Shown here: piece after piece, positions 39,831 to 52,500 of the stretch
Numbering within the stretch: the stretch's first letter is position 1
Layout: each line of letters starts with the position of its first letter
Assembly: GCF_006345805.1 (NCBI RefSeq)
Contig: NW_021836314.1
Coordinates: 1-64,000, forward strand
From: Octopus sinensis
Lineage: Eukaryota
DNA: 64,000 bases
Reading direction: 5' to 3'
The notes under the pieces: generated by a model
Seen by the model: only the letters and a program-made list of their open reading frames with translations
Database searches by the model: none
What the model was told of the DNA's origin: nothing
Translations under genes and position numbers: made by a program

Positions 39831-41557
39831 CTGAAGCAGGAAACAATATTGGTTAGATTAACATAGTGTGAATTGCGATAACATATTCAATATTGTTCTT
39901 TATGGAAGGAGACAAAATTATAGGAAAATATACAGAAGAAGAGGAACGAAAGAGATTAAGGAGAAGAAGAAGAAGAAGAAGAAGAAGAAGAAGAAGAAGA
40001 AGAAAGAGAGGAGGGGAGGGAAAAGAAGAAGTCAAGGAGGAAGAGAAGGGGGGAGAAGAAGTAGAAGAAGGAGGAGTTGGAGGAGGAGGGGAGGTGAAGA
40101 AGGATGAGGACAGGGAAGGAAAGGAGATGCAGGAGGGGGAGGAAGGGAGGAAAATAGGAGGAGGTGCAGAGGATAGAGTATAAGAAGATATAGAAGATTA
40201 AAAAGTGGAGGAAGAATAAGATGAAGTAGAAGGGAGAAGAAAGGGGAGGAGGAGAAGAAGAGAAGAGGAAGAAGAGAGGAGAAGAAGAAGAAGGAGAGAA
40301 GAGAAAGAAGAAGTAAAAGGAGAAGAAGAGCGGAAGAAAATGAAGAAGAAGAAGAAGCATGAAAAAAGAAGGAGAAAAAGAAAAAGAAGGAGAAGAAGGA
40401 AGAAGAGGAAAATAGGTGGAGGCGGAGGAGTAGGAGGAAGCGGAAGGAGAAGAAGAGGACAAAGGAGAAGGAGGAGGAAGAGAAGTAGGAGAAGAAGAAG
40501 AAGAAGAAGAAGAAGAAGAAGAAGAAGAAGAAGAAGAAGAAGAAGAAAAGAAGAAGAAGAAGATGACACTTTGAATATCATGGTGTTGAAGACGAAACTG
40601 AAATTGTTCTTAAAATATCAGGAAATAATTCAAGGATAGATCGATAAATTTTGGGCGAGAAGACATGGCTGAAAAATCAGGGAATATACGGAATCAGAAA
40701 TCAACATATTCAAATGCACTCATACGCATTCTGATATTCATAGTATCAACGACGGAATGCGGTATGAACACTCACATCACACATATTCCCAATCACACTT
40801 GTGGAAATATGGTGAGAGAGATTATTTATTTCATATCGCTTCATTGTCACAAAAATATTAGAAAACACACGCTTACAAGAAATATATCAGCAGTTTAATT
40901 GTATCAGGCCAAATATTCCAGCTTACATGTACAGTAAGTATTTCAGGTTTACAGATAGAATGTATGTGACTATATTATTCGAATATATATTTCCCGCTTC
41001 CAATTCAGTTGCTCTATTACATAAATAACATGAAGTGAATGATAAAATTCGAAGTTGAATGATAATATCGAAACACGAAGGAGAATATTGAAATAAGAAA
41101 TGGAGGAGGATGCAAAATATAAATAAAGGAATAATATAGTCACATTTCACACAGAACTACACTTATATATGAACATACACATATACTTCAGCTAAAAATA
41201 TTTGATGCAAACATGTAAACTCACAAACGTTACCATTTCTAATACAAATTCATATCAAAATCATTGAAATTTGGGGAACAAAACTGAGTTATTGAGATGC
41301 GAATTGAAACAAAGCAACTACAATAAAGGAACATTATATTTTTCCTATTATTTCACTTTCTCCCCCAAATTCTCTCTCTTTCTTTCACATTGTCTCGCTC
41401 TCTCCTATTCTCTTTGTATCTTCCTAAATCTTGTTCATTCTACAAATTTGAATTGATTTTGTTTGGTTCAGTCTGAAATTTTATACATTTGTGAGCTTAT
41501 ATATCAGCATCAATTAATACTTTTGGATAATAGTATCAAGAAATTAAACGAACTTAC

Positions 41558-41629
41558 ACTTTTTTTTAAATTGGAAAGCCCCGTGAATACACCTTCTTTG
41601 ATGGTTGAATGTTGTTCTCGGAAAGATAT
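41558..41629 (-). CDS. LRR cassette exon B6 (72 bp; compensating -1/+1 homopolymer indels give an in-frame TAA as assembled)
   Basis: ctatag|A...GT|gtaagt; restores to YLSENNISTIKEGVFTGLSNLKKV by comparison with the five sister B exons. Confidence 0.85.
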
Positions 41630-42419
41630 CTATAGCAGTAAAGAAAGAGTAAAATAGATTATATGGAAAATATTTGTGATACGACATCAAACACTGTGAC
41701 TTAAGAATGAAGGAAGAAAGAAAAAGAGAAAGAAGATAACGAAGAAGAAGAAGAAGAAGAAGAGACATGGAAAATGAGGTGTTCAAGATGAAAACCGAAA
41801 AAGGATTGAAGAGAGAAGAAGAAGTAGAAGAAGAAGAAGGAGAAGAAGAAGAAGAAGAAGAAGGAGAAGAAGAAGAGAAGAAGAAGAAGAGAAGAGAAAA
41901 GAAACAGAAGAAGAAAAAAAATAAAAAGGCGTAAAGATGAAGATTACAAGAAAAGAAGAAAAAAGAAGAATACGAAGAAGAAAAAGAAGAAGAAGAAGAG
42001 AGACGAAGAATAATAATAAGAAGAATAAGAAGACCAAGAGGAGAAGAAGAAGAAGAAGAAGAAGAATAGAAGAAGAAGAAAAGAGGAGGAGGAGAGAAGA
42101 AGAAGAAGAAGAAGAAGGAAGAAGAAGAAGAAGAAGAAGACGGAGAAGAAGAGAGAGAAGAAGAAGAGAAGACGAAGAAGAAGAAGAAGAACAAGAGGAA
42201 GAAGACAGAAGATGCAGGAGGAGAAGAATATCTTAATGTGGCAGCAGTTTCATGTTTATTTCTTACTTGACTTGCACAACCTCGAGTATCCGCTTCGCCT
42301 CTCTATGTACCAACACACACATCCACACACATACACGCACATATACGCACATACACACATATATGCTCAGAAATATACACACATATGTATATCTACCTCT
42401 GGGTGCGAGTATGTGTGCG

Positions 42420-43130
42420 AACCTCGTCCCGGTAGTGGTGTTCTTTTTACCTGTCGATATAGTTTATTATCGAATCTAAAGGTGTTGTCTTCTAGTTCCC
42501 GGCGTGTGTCTTTGGAAATGTGTTTTGAAGCGTTCGTCCATCCGTCCGCTATGTTTTTCTACCCAGTGTTTGATTGCTTCCAGGCCCAAAGTGTGATGTA
42601 TTTGTACAAAGATTAGTCAAATCTTTTAAGTATAGTACGTTCTGGGACAGTGGGTGGAATGTGTTTGATGAAATCCATATCGTCTCGGGTATAGCTGGGC
42701 ATTAATGGGCACAACGGTTTGAGGAGTATATCCAAAAGATGGCTCAGTTGTTGTGTTGGGGCTCAGGGTCCAGCAACTGTTGGTCTCAATTTGATGTCAG
42801 TAGGTCTTAGTATTTTTATATGCTGATCCTTGCATTTTGGAGCATTCGCAGATCTTGGGTGATCCATAGAAATTACTCTCTTTCATTACAGAGCTGCATA
42901 AATAATCTTTCTCATTATCTGTGAACGAACGTTGGTATTCATTTATCTGACTTTTGGGTGTATTCATTATTACTTTTTCCGGGTGTCTTGGTTCTTCCTT
43001 GTAGCAGGATTGGTCTGTTTCCAATATTTTATTTTTATAGTAGTCTTGGTCCGTGACTGCTTTCACCCTTCCCTAATCGGTTTCTTTTAGGATGATTGAA
43101 TTGTCATTCTTCAGTTTGTAAGGCTTTCTT
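42420..43130 (-). mobile_element. Decayed Penelope-like RT fragment in the first coding intron
   Basis: DQDYYKNKILE; LSHLLDILLKPLCPLMPSYTRDDMDFIKHIP; NTFRFDNKLYRQVK. Confidence 0.85.
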
Positions 43131-45501
43131 TTCTTCTTCAGGAAGGTTCTGTTCGCTTTACGGATATTTTATTATATATGATATAAAACGGATTTAAGTC
43201 ACCACGTAAAGTATGAATGAAAAACACATATGCATGTAAAATATGAGAAAAGAATGGATGTTCAAAATATTTGTGATTTGAATTAGATTTACAAAGCCTT
43301 CGTTGCAACATCAGTTTTCAGTGGAAGATATTTTTATCATCTCAGAAGTCAGCTTTATTTATAAATATCTTGTTTCTGTCCAATGAGCATTCCATTTGTT
43401 ATTACACTTTGCTGTCAAAAGTAATTTACCTTTGCAAAAGTAAACTCCTTTCCTTTGCTTAGTTGATGCATAAAAGTTCTTCACAAAAATAAACCCCCAA
43501 AACTTCAAGACTGAAATAATAGACTAGGAAGGAAAACATAACAGAAATAGAAAGGGATTTATTAATAGAACTGGTGATGGTAGAGTGGGGAAACCCTGAT
43601 ATAATTTTGAGTCATGTGCTACAAAGGAGAACAACCTTACATGGTGATTTAACTGGCTTAGGGTGTTATTTAAAAAAGGGATGTAATTACATACATTGCC
43701 TTAGTTTTTTAGTCTTTGTTTAGCCCTTTGCTCCTTACTCTTGCTGTATTAAACCTCAGTTTGTTCCCATTATTAACCACCTATGCTAAATCCTTCATCC
43801 CCTAAATAGCATCCCTGTTCATCATTCCTGTAAAGGTTGACCTGCAACAGCTCAAACGGAATATTAATGATATCTGTCTCACAAGTATTGGAGATCTTGC
43901 AGGAGTTAAAAAACTTGTATGATCCTTTCTCCAAAATCGGTAAAATAAAAAGTGTGGGATTTTAACTCAGATCACAAACAACTGGACAATATACTGCAAG
44001 GTGTCATATTCGACGTCCTCATAGTTGCATTTGTTCATTGAACTGTTATGGTTCTTTATTGATCTCGGAAATGAATGACCCAAGGTTGACCTTGGCGGGA
44101 CTTGAAGTCAGATTGCCGAGTGTCAGAACGTGATGTATTCTGCTAGACGGTCAAATGATTTGTGCCAAACCTCGCTCAAGTTATGAACGATGAAAATATC
44201 TAACTTATTAAACAGAACTTCAACTTTACTATTCAACATCTTGAGTTATACGAGATTTAGGAATTCTATTATTGAAACTTTTCTCTTTATTTTACATTAG
44301 GATTTCTCATTTTGTCAAAACGTTCCAAATGTTTTGAGAAATAGATCTGATCGAATGAATTGATCCACTTTAGTATTAGGATATTTGATTAAAACTGAAA
44401 GTTTAAGGTGATTAATGCAATGATGCAAGCCAATTAACTGGAAGTAATCACCTGGAAGAGCAATGTGTTGCAACAGAGTATTTGTTATGATTTATGTATC
44501 AAATAATTACTCTTTTTTATTCTATTCCATTTCTTGAGACGTTAAATTTTAATAATTTACTTAAAAATTGCGTAAGATTTCAGGTGAACGGGGATACATC
44601 AATCAGCCGAAACTTCAAATAACCTTCCATAATTTTGTAATAAGGTTTATTGTGTTCATGATAGGGTAAATTTTTCTGATGACATTCTATCAAAAATAAA
44701 TTCCTCATAATTTGTTAAAATAACACTATTTTGATTTCTTCACTTAGGTATTTTAAGAATTTGGTAATTTAAGCGGATCTCGTCATTATCTGCTGTTTAA
44801 TCCATCTGTTTCATTTTTAATTATAAAAATAATAATTTCTTCCATAGGAACAAACCTGAAATTTTGGGAAAGGGACAAGTCCTTTACATTGATCTCAGAG
44901 ATTAATTGCTATTTATTTTACTGACTCCAAAAGAATGAAAAACAAAGTCAACCTCGACAGAATTTAAAATCGAAACGTAAAGACGAACGAAATACCGCTC
45001 AACATTTTGTCTGGCGTGCACAACGATTCTGATAGCTCGCTGCATATTCTATTATAAAATTAACACAAACAATAATTAACAATTATTCTGTGACACGATC
45101 AACTGATATTATATCATATTACTGTAATAATAAGCAACAATTCAACTAATTAATGATATAATATAACTATGTGGAATACACGTTTTCTTAGCACTAAAGT
45201 TTTTATACTGTCCGTTCATTGAATATACCGTAAGATTTGATAAGTTCAGACAAATGACATCAAAGTCAGATACTAGTCAGATCCAATCACTGTGTATGAG
45301 ATGTTATATATTATAAATTCAATATGGTAAGAAACAGTTTATTTGACTTCACAACAGGTAACATATCGATTTGTTTTACTCTAACATAAGATTGTGCTTA
45401 AGGCTGTGAGATAAACAGCATAAGCGATTAGCTGAGAACATAATCAATGAGAATTTAAAATATTGGATGTGGAAAATACGTAGAAAGTGTCAAATACTTA
45501 C

Positions 45502-45692
45502 AAATATTCAACATTCGTCGGAATTGGTTGTGGAATTGATAGTAAATTGCGACGTGCACAATTTATTCTCGTTGTAAGTGAATTGCAAGTACATATCTTG
45601 CATATATCTGAATCAGCTTGAGTCTCCAAAAACAATATCGTACACAGTATCAACACAAGAGACCGTCTATATGATACTACGTGGTGAAACAT
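45502..45692 (-). CDS. First coding exon of LRR receptor-like gene: signal peptide + LRRNT
   Basis: MFHHVVSYRRSLVLILCTILFLETQA-DSDICKICTCNSLTTRINCARRNLLSIPQPIPTNVEYL: hydrophobic leader plus CxxCxC...C...L..IP..IP LRRNT motif. Acceptor ttttacag ends at 45713 (exon starts 45712); phase-2 donor TT|gtaagt at 45502. Confidence 0.93.
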
Positions 45693-46242
45693 ATTGCCAG
45701 GCGTAGATTTATCTGTAAAAGAAGAAAATAGGAAATGTCAGAGATTTCAATGTTATTAACTTCAAATTGCAGATTCTCCGAAGCAACTAAAATTCACCCC
45801 TGTTCCACATGACAAATATATTTTTGTTTTCGTGATTGGATATTTAAAGCTAAAAAATTAAATTTCGATAAATTAGTGTGAAGAAATTTATAAAAATATT
45901 ATAGCTTTAACGCGTAATAATATCAAAGAAAACACCAAACACACACACACAAACACAAACGCACTCCTACACACATCTGTAACCATCTTCGGGGGTGGGG
46001 TCTAATATATTTACAAAACTAGTGAACCATGAGTTTCGTAGACCCTAAATACGCAGTGGTTGTAAACCCGGTTGGGTCGTTAAATCCGATGGGACCCCAC
46101 AAGCAACTGTATGGTAACAAAGGATTTTTCCTGTACCCCAGTTTTAGAAGCGTTCATACAAAGTTTTCCTTAAATGAACTATCATGATTTCATTTTACTT
46201 ACTTTTTTTTTACTGAAAACAAGAATAAAGCATGAACGTAAA

Positions 46243-47195
46243 TCTATATATATAAAACTCAACTTGTGTGTCTGTCTGTGTATCTGTGTGTGTGTCTGTG
46301 TCTTTTACTTCCCGGCACATCTCCTCCTAGCCAACAAATCGTAGAACCACCAAACATGGGTCACTTAAAGTTTAGGCGAATGAAAATTGAACTGCGCTAT
46401 TTCTGTTCCGAAATTCATCTCGCAAGTGCAAAAATCGATAATGTGTTTGTTTAGGCCTTCTCCCATGCATTGAATAGTGAACTTTACTCAGTCAGCTGTT
46501 TGACGTGAACTGTGTTCACCACGCATGCAAGCATGCGTAAATTGCATGAAAAATAAACAAATCACGATATAAAAACGAATCGCCGTAAACATTGTAGAAA
46601 TTCGGCAAAGAAATGAATTTTCGGGGTGTAGCCTGGAGGGTTTTTTCGTATTAATCGTTGGAACTTTGTGAACTCATACCAATTGTTTTCATAACATTTT
46701 TAACGCTTTGAATTAAATATGACCATTTTGCGTTGAGTCTGCAGTTTGAATCACTAACCAAATTTTAGCAGGCAGGATTTTTGATCATCACAATATATCG
46801 CCAGCGACTCCCTGAAACTCTCCTCTGATATCCTCGTTGAGAAATACTGTTCTAAAAGAATAATTCAACAATGCAATTTTCTGTATGTTATATGTGTTTG
46901 TAAGTCCTGGTGTTTTTGTTATGTATTTGTCTGAATATTTTTTTATCATGCCTAATGCACCTACTATGATAGGAATTGTTTCTGTTTTTAGATTACACAT
47001 TATGGTTACCTCTATTTCTAGGTCTTTGTATTTTGAAAGTTTTTCCGTTTCTTTATTGTTATTATTATTCTTATCTGTGTCCGGTTTTGGAGACTAGTTG
47101 TTCGGAGCTCTAAGTTTTCTTTAGAATTTGTTGTTACAATGTCGTTTTCAAAATTTTATTGACGACAGAACCCACCTCGCTGTAAGCGGGGCTAG
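46243..47195 (+). mobile_element. Putative non-autonomous Helitron with a nested R4-like LINE 3' end (46775-47030, minus)
   Basis: 5' a|TCTATATATATAAAA; 3' hairpin cctcgc-tgtaa-gcgggg then CTAG; nested KTETIPIIVGALGMIKK...IQKIALL. Confidence 0.5.
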
Positions 47196-48199
47196 CTGCA
47201 GTGGCCAGAATTCGCCCCTTAAAGGCGAATTTTGAGTTTTAAAAACTACAATTTAATATTTTATAAAGAAAAAGTTCAGTCTGGCTTCCCAAATCGAGGC
47301 AATAAAGGTTCTTACATCATCCGTTTTGACATTTTGTCACCTCCGCTTGTTAATATTTTTGAGAAACAATGCAAAGACAGCAGCAGCAACAGCAGTAGTA
47401 GCAACAACAACAACAGCATCACAACCATCAGCACCAACAAAAACATAACAGAAAAATGAAGAGGAGGCAAGGAATCAATCCACTTTGACCCTAAAAAAGA
47501 AGACACACCACCAGAAATAGACAGCTGATTCTTGGTGGTAGATGTCCTCTTGGACATATAGGTCAAAACGAGCATCTTACAGATGCGGAAACTTTACAAA
47601 CAAAACTATTCGGGTCAAGGCCTAAAATTGTGGGTGAAAATGGACAGCCAAAGTCTGGACACAATTCCAGATATCATAAATTCACACGTTGGCACCAACC
47701 TCCACGTGGCCTTTGAAAGCTGATGGTTTCGGTATCATCTGTGTGGGAACACAAATCATCTAAAATTCTTCTATTGCCCACAACAAATTAGAGAAAGGAG
47801 CCTCTCAATTTTGCCAACATCATCAACACCACCACCACAGCAACAATAACAACAATAGCAACAGCACCAACAGAGGCAGGTGACCATCGTGGCTACAAAA
47901 TCAAGAATAACAGTAGCAGCAACACTAATCGCAGCAGCACGGGCAGCAGCAAAAACAACAGCATCAACCCCGGTCCCCACCACCAAAAACGCAACAACGT
48001 TATGAATAGGACAACGCCAAAAAGCTCTACAAGATTTGCCCCTCCCCTGTTCGGAGCACTCAGACATACCTTGCGCGGATAGGGACGACGAAAGACCAAA
48101 ATGGCAAGAGGTCGCCTGAACACACAAAAGAAAAAGAAACAGAACCAAAAACACACAGACAATTCAGACATAGACTTGCCCAAATGCATCAATAAATTA

Positions 48200-49329
48200 A
48201 CATTGATATTTTTTCACCGTTGTTGCAATCATCTGAAATGCAACTGTCAAAGCGCGATATTCGAGCAATTTTGCTATTCAACATCAAAAAAGGATGTAAA
48301 GCAGCTGAAACTTCTCACGATGTCAACGAAACGTTTGGTGAGGAAATGACCAGTGAGTGGTCAGTTTGAAAATGGCTTAAACGATTTAGCAGTGGAAACC
48401 TGAAAATCTTGAGCGTAGTGGACGCCCGTCTGTCATCGATGACGGTCAACTGAAGATCGTCATTGAGAAAGACCCACGTAAAACCACTCGAGAACTAGCA
48501 AAAGAACTTCAAGTCAGCCAGAAAATGCCTGAAACCATTTGCATGCGATCGGAAAATCAGAAAAGCTCGACAAATGAATACCACACGATTTGAATGAAAA
48601 TCAGAAAATGTGAACTTATGAAATGTGCTCGTCACTTCTTCGCCGAAACCAGACCGATCCAATTCTTGACCGTATTTGCGATGAAAAGTAGATTCTGTAT
48701 AATAATAGAAAATGTTTTTCGCAGTGGATGGACCCAAATGAAGCACCGAAAAGCTTCCCTAAACCCGATCTCTTCAAAAAAGAGATTATGGTGATTGTTT
48801 AGTGATGTGCCGTTGGACTCATCCACTATAACTTATTAAAACCCAGAAAATCCATTACTGCAGAAACATATTACCAAGAAATTGCCAATGTGAACGAAAA
48901 ACTGCTACTCCTCTGTCTCAGACTGGTCAACAGAAGAGGGCCAATCATTCTTCATGACAATACTCGACCACACGTTTCACTAATGACGCTCCAGAAGTTT
49001 AGGGAATCTGGCTACGAAGTTCTTCCTTACTCAGCCTACTCCCCAGACCTTTCTCCCAACGTCTATCACTTTTTCAAGTATCTTTATGGTTTCCTTCGAG
49101 AGAAGGAGTTCAAAAATCAAACCGATGCTGAAAGCGCGTTCAAAGAGTCCATCAGCTCCAGAACTCCAGATTTTTATGTTAACGGAATAAACAAACTTTG
49201 TAACTCATTGGCAAAAATGTGTTTATAGTAATGGTACAGACTTTGATGAATAAAATTTCCCCATTGCTGGAATACATTGTGATGAATTTCACGTTTCAAA
49301 ACGTTGCTTACTTTTTACTCAGCCTGATA
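48200..49329 (+). mobile_element. Decayed mariner (Tc1/mariner, SETMAR-like) transposon
   Basis: KWLKRFSSGN HTH remnants; CDEK; ILHDNTRPH; YSPDLSPNVYHFF; mariner-like 3' TIR ending cctgata. Confidence 0.93.
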
Positions 49330-49339
49330 TTTATTTCCA

Positions 49340-49560
49340 TGTCAAACGGGAATGAGGGGCGGGGTGGAATGGCAGTGTTGTCCCAGAGACGCCTGGATCT
49401 CAACACAAAGATTATCTTCCTGGACTCAGAAGGTAAGTTGGTGGTCCTGGACGTCGTGAACAGTAGTAACGGAGGTGTCCTCAGTCTGGTGGCTGTTTAT
49501 GCCTCGACACGTTCAGGATAGCTGAACATCTTCAGACGTCTGGAGGTTTTCCTTGGAGTG
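49340..49560 (+). mobile_element. L1/Tx1-type AP-endonuclease fragment
   Basis: GGMAVL...DSEGKLVVLDV...LSLVAVYA. Confidence 0.65.
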
Positions 49561-49567
49561 TCTAGAC

Positions 49568-52500
49568 CAGGTGTCTGTAACCTGTGGCACGCGTGTCATG
49601 TGTAGCACGCGGAACAATTCACAATGGCATGCACACCACTTGGCAAAAAATAAAAGTAAAATTTTATTTATAACTAACTCTGAGGAAGCGACATCATAAT
49701 AATTAAATTACATATCTTTTTTACGATCCATCTATTCTAGCCTAAACTATCTGAAGTTAGTTGTATTTGGTAGTATTACATTTCCTTAAAAATATAGTAC
49801 TACTGAACACAATTTTGATACGAAATTATGAATGTTAGCACAATTAATTTGTTTGTAAGCTGGTGCTGAAAGCATTTCTATGGACTTTATTACTGAAGCC
49901 GGGAGCTAGAGGTGCGAACGCTTATTGTTTCGAACTCGGCTGTATATTTGGTTGACCACTTTACAGCAGCCAGTCTAAATAAAGACACTCTTTAAAATCG
50001 GCTGCTACATTGCGGGTCGTCTATAAGTAGACGCTTTTAAAATTATTCTCACATTTTGGGAAGAAAAAGCGGTAACGAGTAGGGTTTTCAAAAGGAATTA
50101 AACATGAAAAGTCAAAAATTATAGTTATTTTCTTAGGTTTCAATTTCTCCTTCGGAAGTTAAGTTGTCTGATCTTTTGGGTATATATTTTTTTGTTTATA
50201 CATATCATTTATTTTAATCTAATTATTTTATTATTACAAAAATTAATTCATTAAATTAATTTCATTCTTTTTTACTATTTATTTTATTCTAATTATTTTA
50301 TTTAGTTATTTTTATTTGTAGAACCTAATTTAAGGGTTTATACACCTGACATATCAATTATCAATATATAGTGCAGCAAATTGCATAACAAAGGACCAAA
50401 ATTTGACGTTCGTTCATTTCAAGATTTCTGGAGCACTGAGTATGGATTTGTACAACAAAATCATCGAGTTGTGTGTGCGTTCTGCTGTGAATTTGTCGTA
50501 TGTCGTACATCAAGTGTTCAAATACACTATCAAACTAGACACCAGACTATGTCTAAAAACGCTGATGATAAAAGGCAAATCATAAAAAGGGCTATTTCTA
50601 GTTACAAATGAAGGACTTCTGTTTTTGTTCAAATGCTTGGAACCAACAATGAAGCCAAATAATGTAGTTAGACAATTGCTCAATGTATAGTTGAGAAAGG
50701 TAAACCTTTAACAGTCGGAGAATTTATCAAAAAAGATTTTCTGAGAAGTGCAAAACTTTTGTTCAGTGATCAAGCAAACGCTGAATAAATACTGTCTCGA
50801 ATTCAAGAAATACCAACTTCTGCATGATCAGTTGAGAGACGTGTAACTGATATAGCTGAAAACATAATTATAACACAGAAAGTTAGATTACAAAAAGCTG
50901 CTGCATTCAGTGACCCCTATCGATGAAAGTACTCAAGTGAATGACATGGCGCACCTAGCAATTGTTGCAAGATGCTGGGACAATGATCGTATTTACGAAG
51001 AATCATGTTGTTTGATTATTCCTCTTACCAATACATCTACAGGACAGGACATTCTGACTGCATTTCTAAATTATTTCGAAAATCAAGCCATTAATACAAA
51101 TAAAATATTTTGTATTACTACTGGTGGTGCACGTGCAGTGGGTGGAAAGGAAAAAAAGATTTATTAAGCGTCTTGAAAATCACATTTCACGCAGTTTAAT
51201 GTGTTTTAATTGCATTGTACATCAGGAAAATTTAGTTGCAAAACTTTCGTCACAAAGCTTGAGTTCTGTCGTGGAAACTGTTGTTAAAATAGTTAACTTC
51301 ATGGTTTCTTGCTCTTCACTGACTCACAGACAATTTAAGTCTCTTCTGCAGGAACTGGACAGCGAATATGCAGACTTCCCACTTCACAGTAAAGTCCTGC
51401 AGCGTAGACTCGGTTAAAATTTCTCTCTCCCATTTATTATATATACGTGCATTCGAACGTAGAAGGGAACAGCTATCCGGTTGCCGCTATTTGGATCCCG
51501 TTCTGTCCACTACTCTGATTAGTTGGTATTGGCGCAATTTGTCGCGCCAAACTACCGCGTATCACCAGTCGGAGTCAGCCTGTTCTCTACCCCGTTTTGG
51601 CCTACTTCTCCTTATAAAAACTCAGCCTTTTCTCCTGTCGTCTTTTGGTTCCAGACCTTTTAAGGTATAGGCACTGACCACAAAGACACAGCCAGTTCCA
51701 GAGACTTACCAACTTTGTCCAACAGCATTCCAACAACCTCCGAATTCGTCGCCACCACCATGTCCTTAACGTCTTCAACATCATCTCTCTACGTACACAG
51801 CTCTGCAAGCGATGCATCCAGGTTCCAACACTTCACTGTTCGTGAATTACTTCATCATGGGTCAACAACAAATATACAACCAGTATGAACTCCTGTACAA
51901 GTTACCCAGGCAGCAGCATCACAGCCACGACATCACGTTCAACATATACCTGTAATTGTCTCCTACATCTATGAACCCATACGCATACATTCTGTTCTCA
52001 TGACGGCATGTCTATCGTTCAGTATACATGATGCACACACAGACACATCCGTTAACATATCAATAAATCTTCTTTTAATCATTCTACGCGGTTGTCTCCT
52101 TTATCCATCTGGCAAATAGATGGTACTATCAATTTTCTCTTTATTGTAAGGGCTGTGTGATGTGGTACTAAAGAGCCATTCTTGTCAACTCGCATCGCAC
52201 GGTCCTTACAGTCCGTTGGCTTTGTCGGGGTAATGTTTTGAACAGATTTGTATCATGCTTAGAAGAATATTTCTTGAAAGGAAACAGTTGCCAGAATTGA
52301 ACAACGAAGACGGTTTATTTAAACTGATGCTTCTAACTGACAGTCACTTGAATGATTAAAATTTGCATTTACAAGAGAGAGGTCAAACAGTACTTGATGT
52401 TTTTGAATATTGGAAAGGATTTTGTTAAAATCAGATTTTTTTTGCGTGATAAACTTAGCAATACATAAAAATACTTTCCAAATGTAAAAGCTTATTCAAA

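Larger units (their letters stand above)
19582..42230. repeat. Tandem array: A and B intron/exon units separated by imperfect (GAA/GGA)n polypurine tracts
   Basis: Six copies each of a ~350-bp A intron core and a ~980-bp B intron core adjoining the 12 LRR exons, with ~0.4-2.2 kb purine-only tracts between them. Confidence 0.97.

Noticed and set aside
23146-40898. Recurring ORFs MAEKS.NIRNQK... and MLSFIHEEYTMSL...
   Set aside because: They recur only because the intron cores were duplicated; lengths and stops vary between copies and they have no splice or domain support.
19582-42230. CRISPR-like or satellite interpretation of the array
   Set aside because: Eukaryotic context, kilobase units, and each unit contains a canonical spliceosomal LRR exon.
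19417-42236. Very long ORFs (up to 775 aa) rich in F/S/L or R/K/E
   Set aside because: Translations of stop-poor GAA/TTC tracts; no conserved frame between copies.
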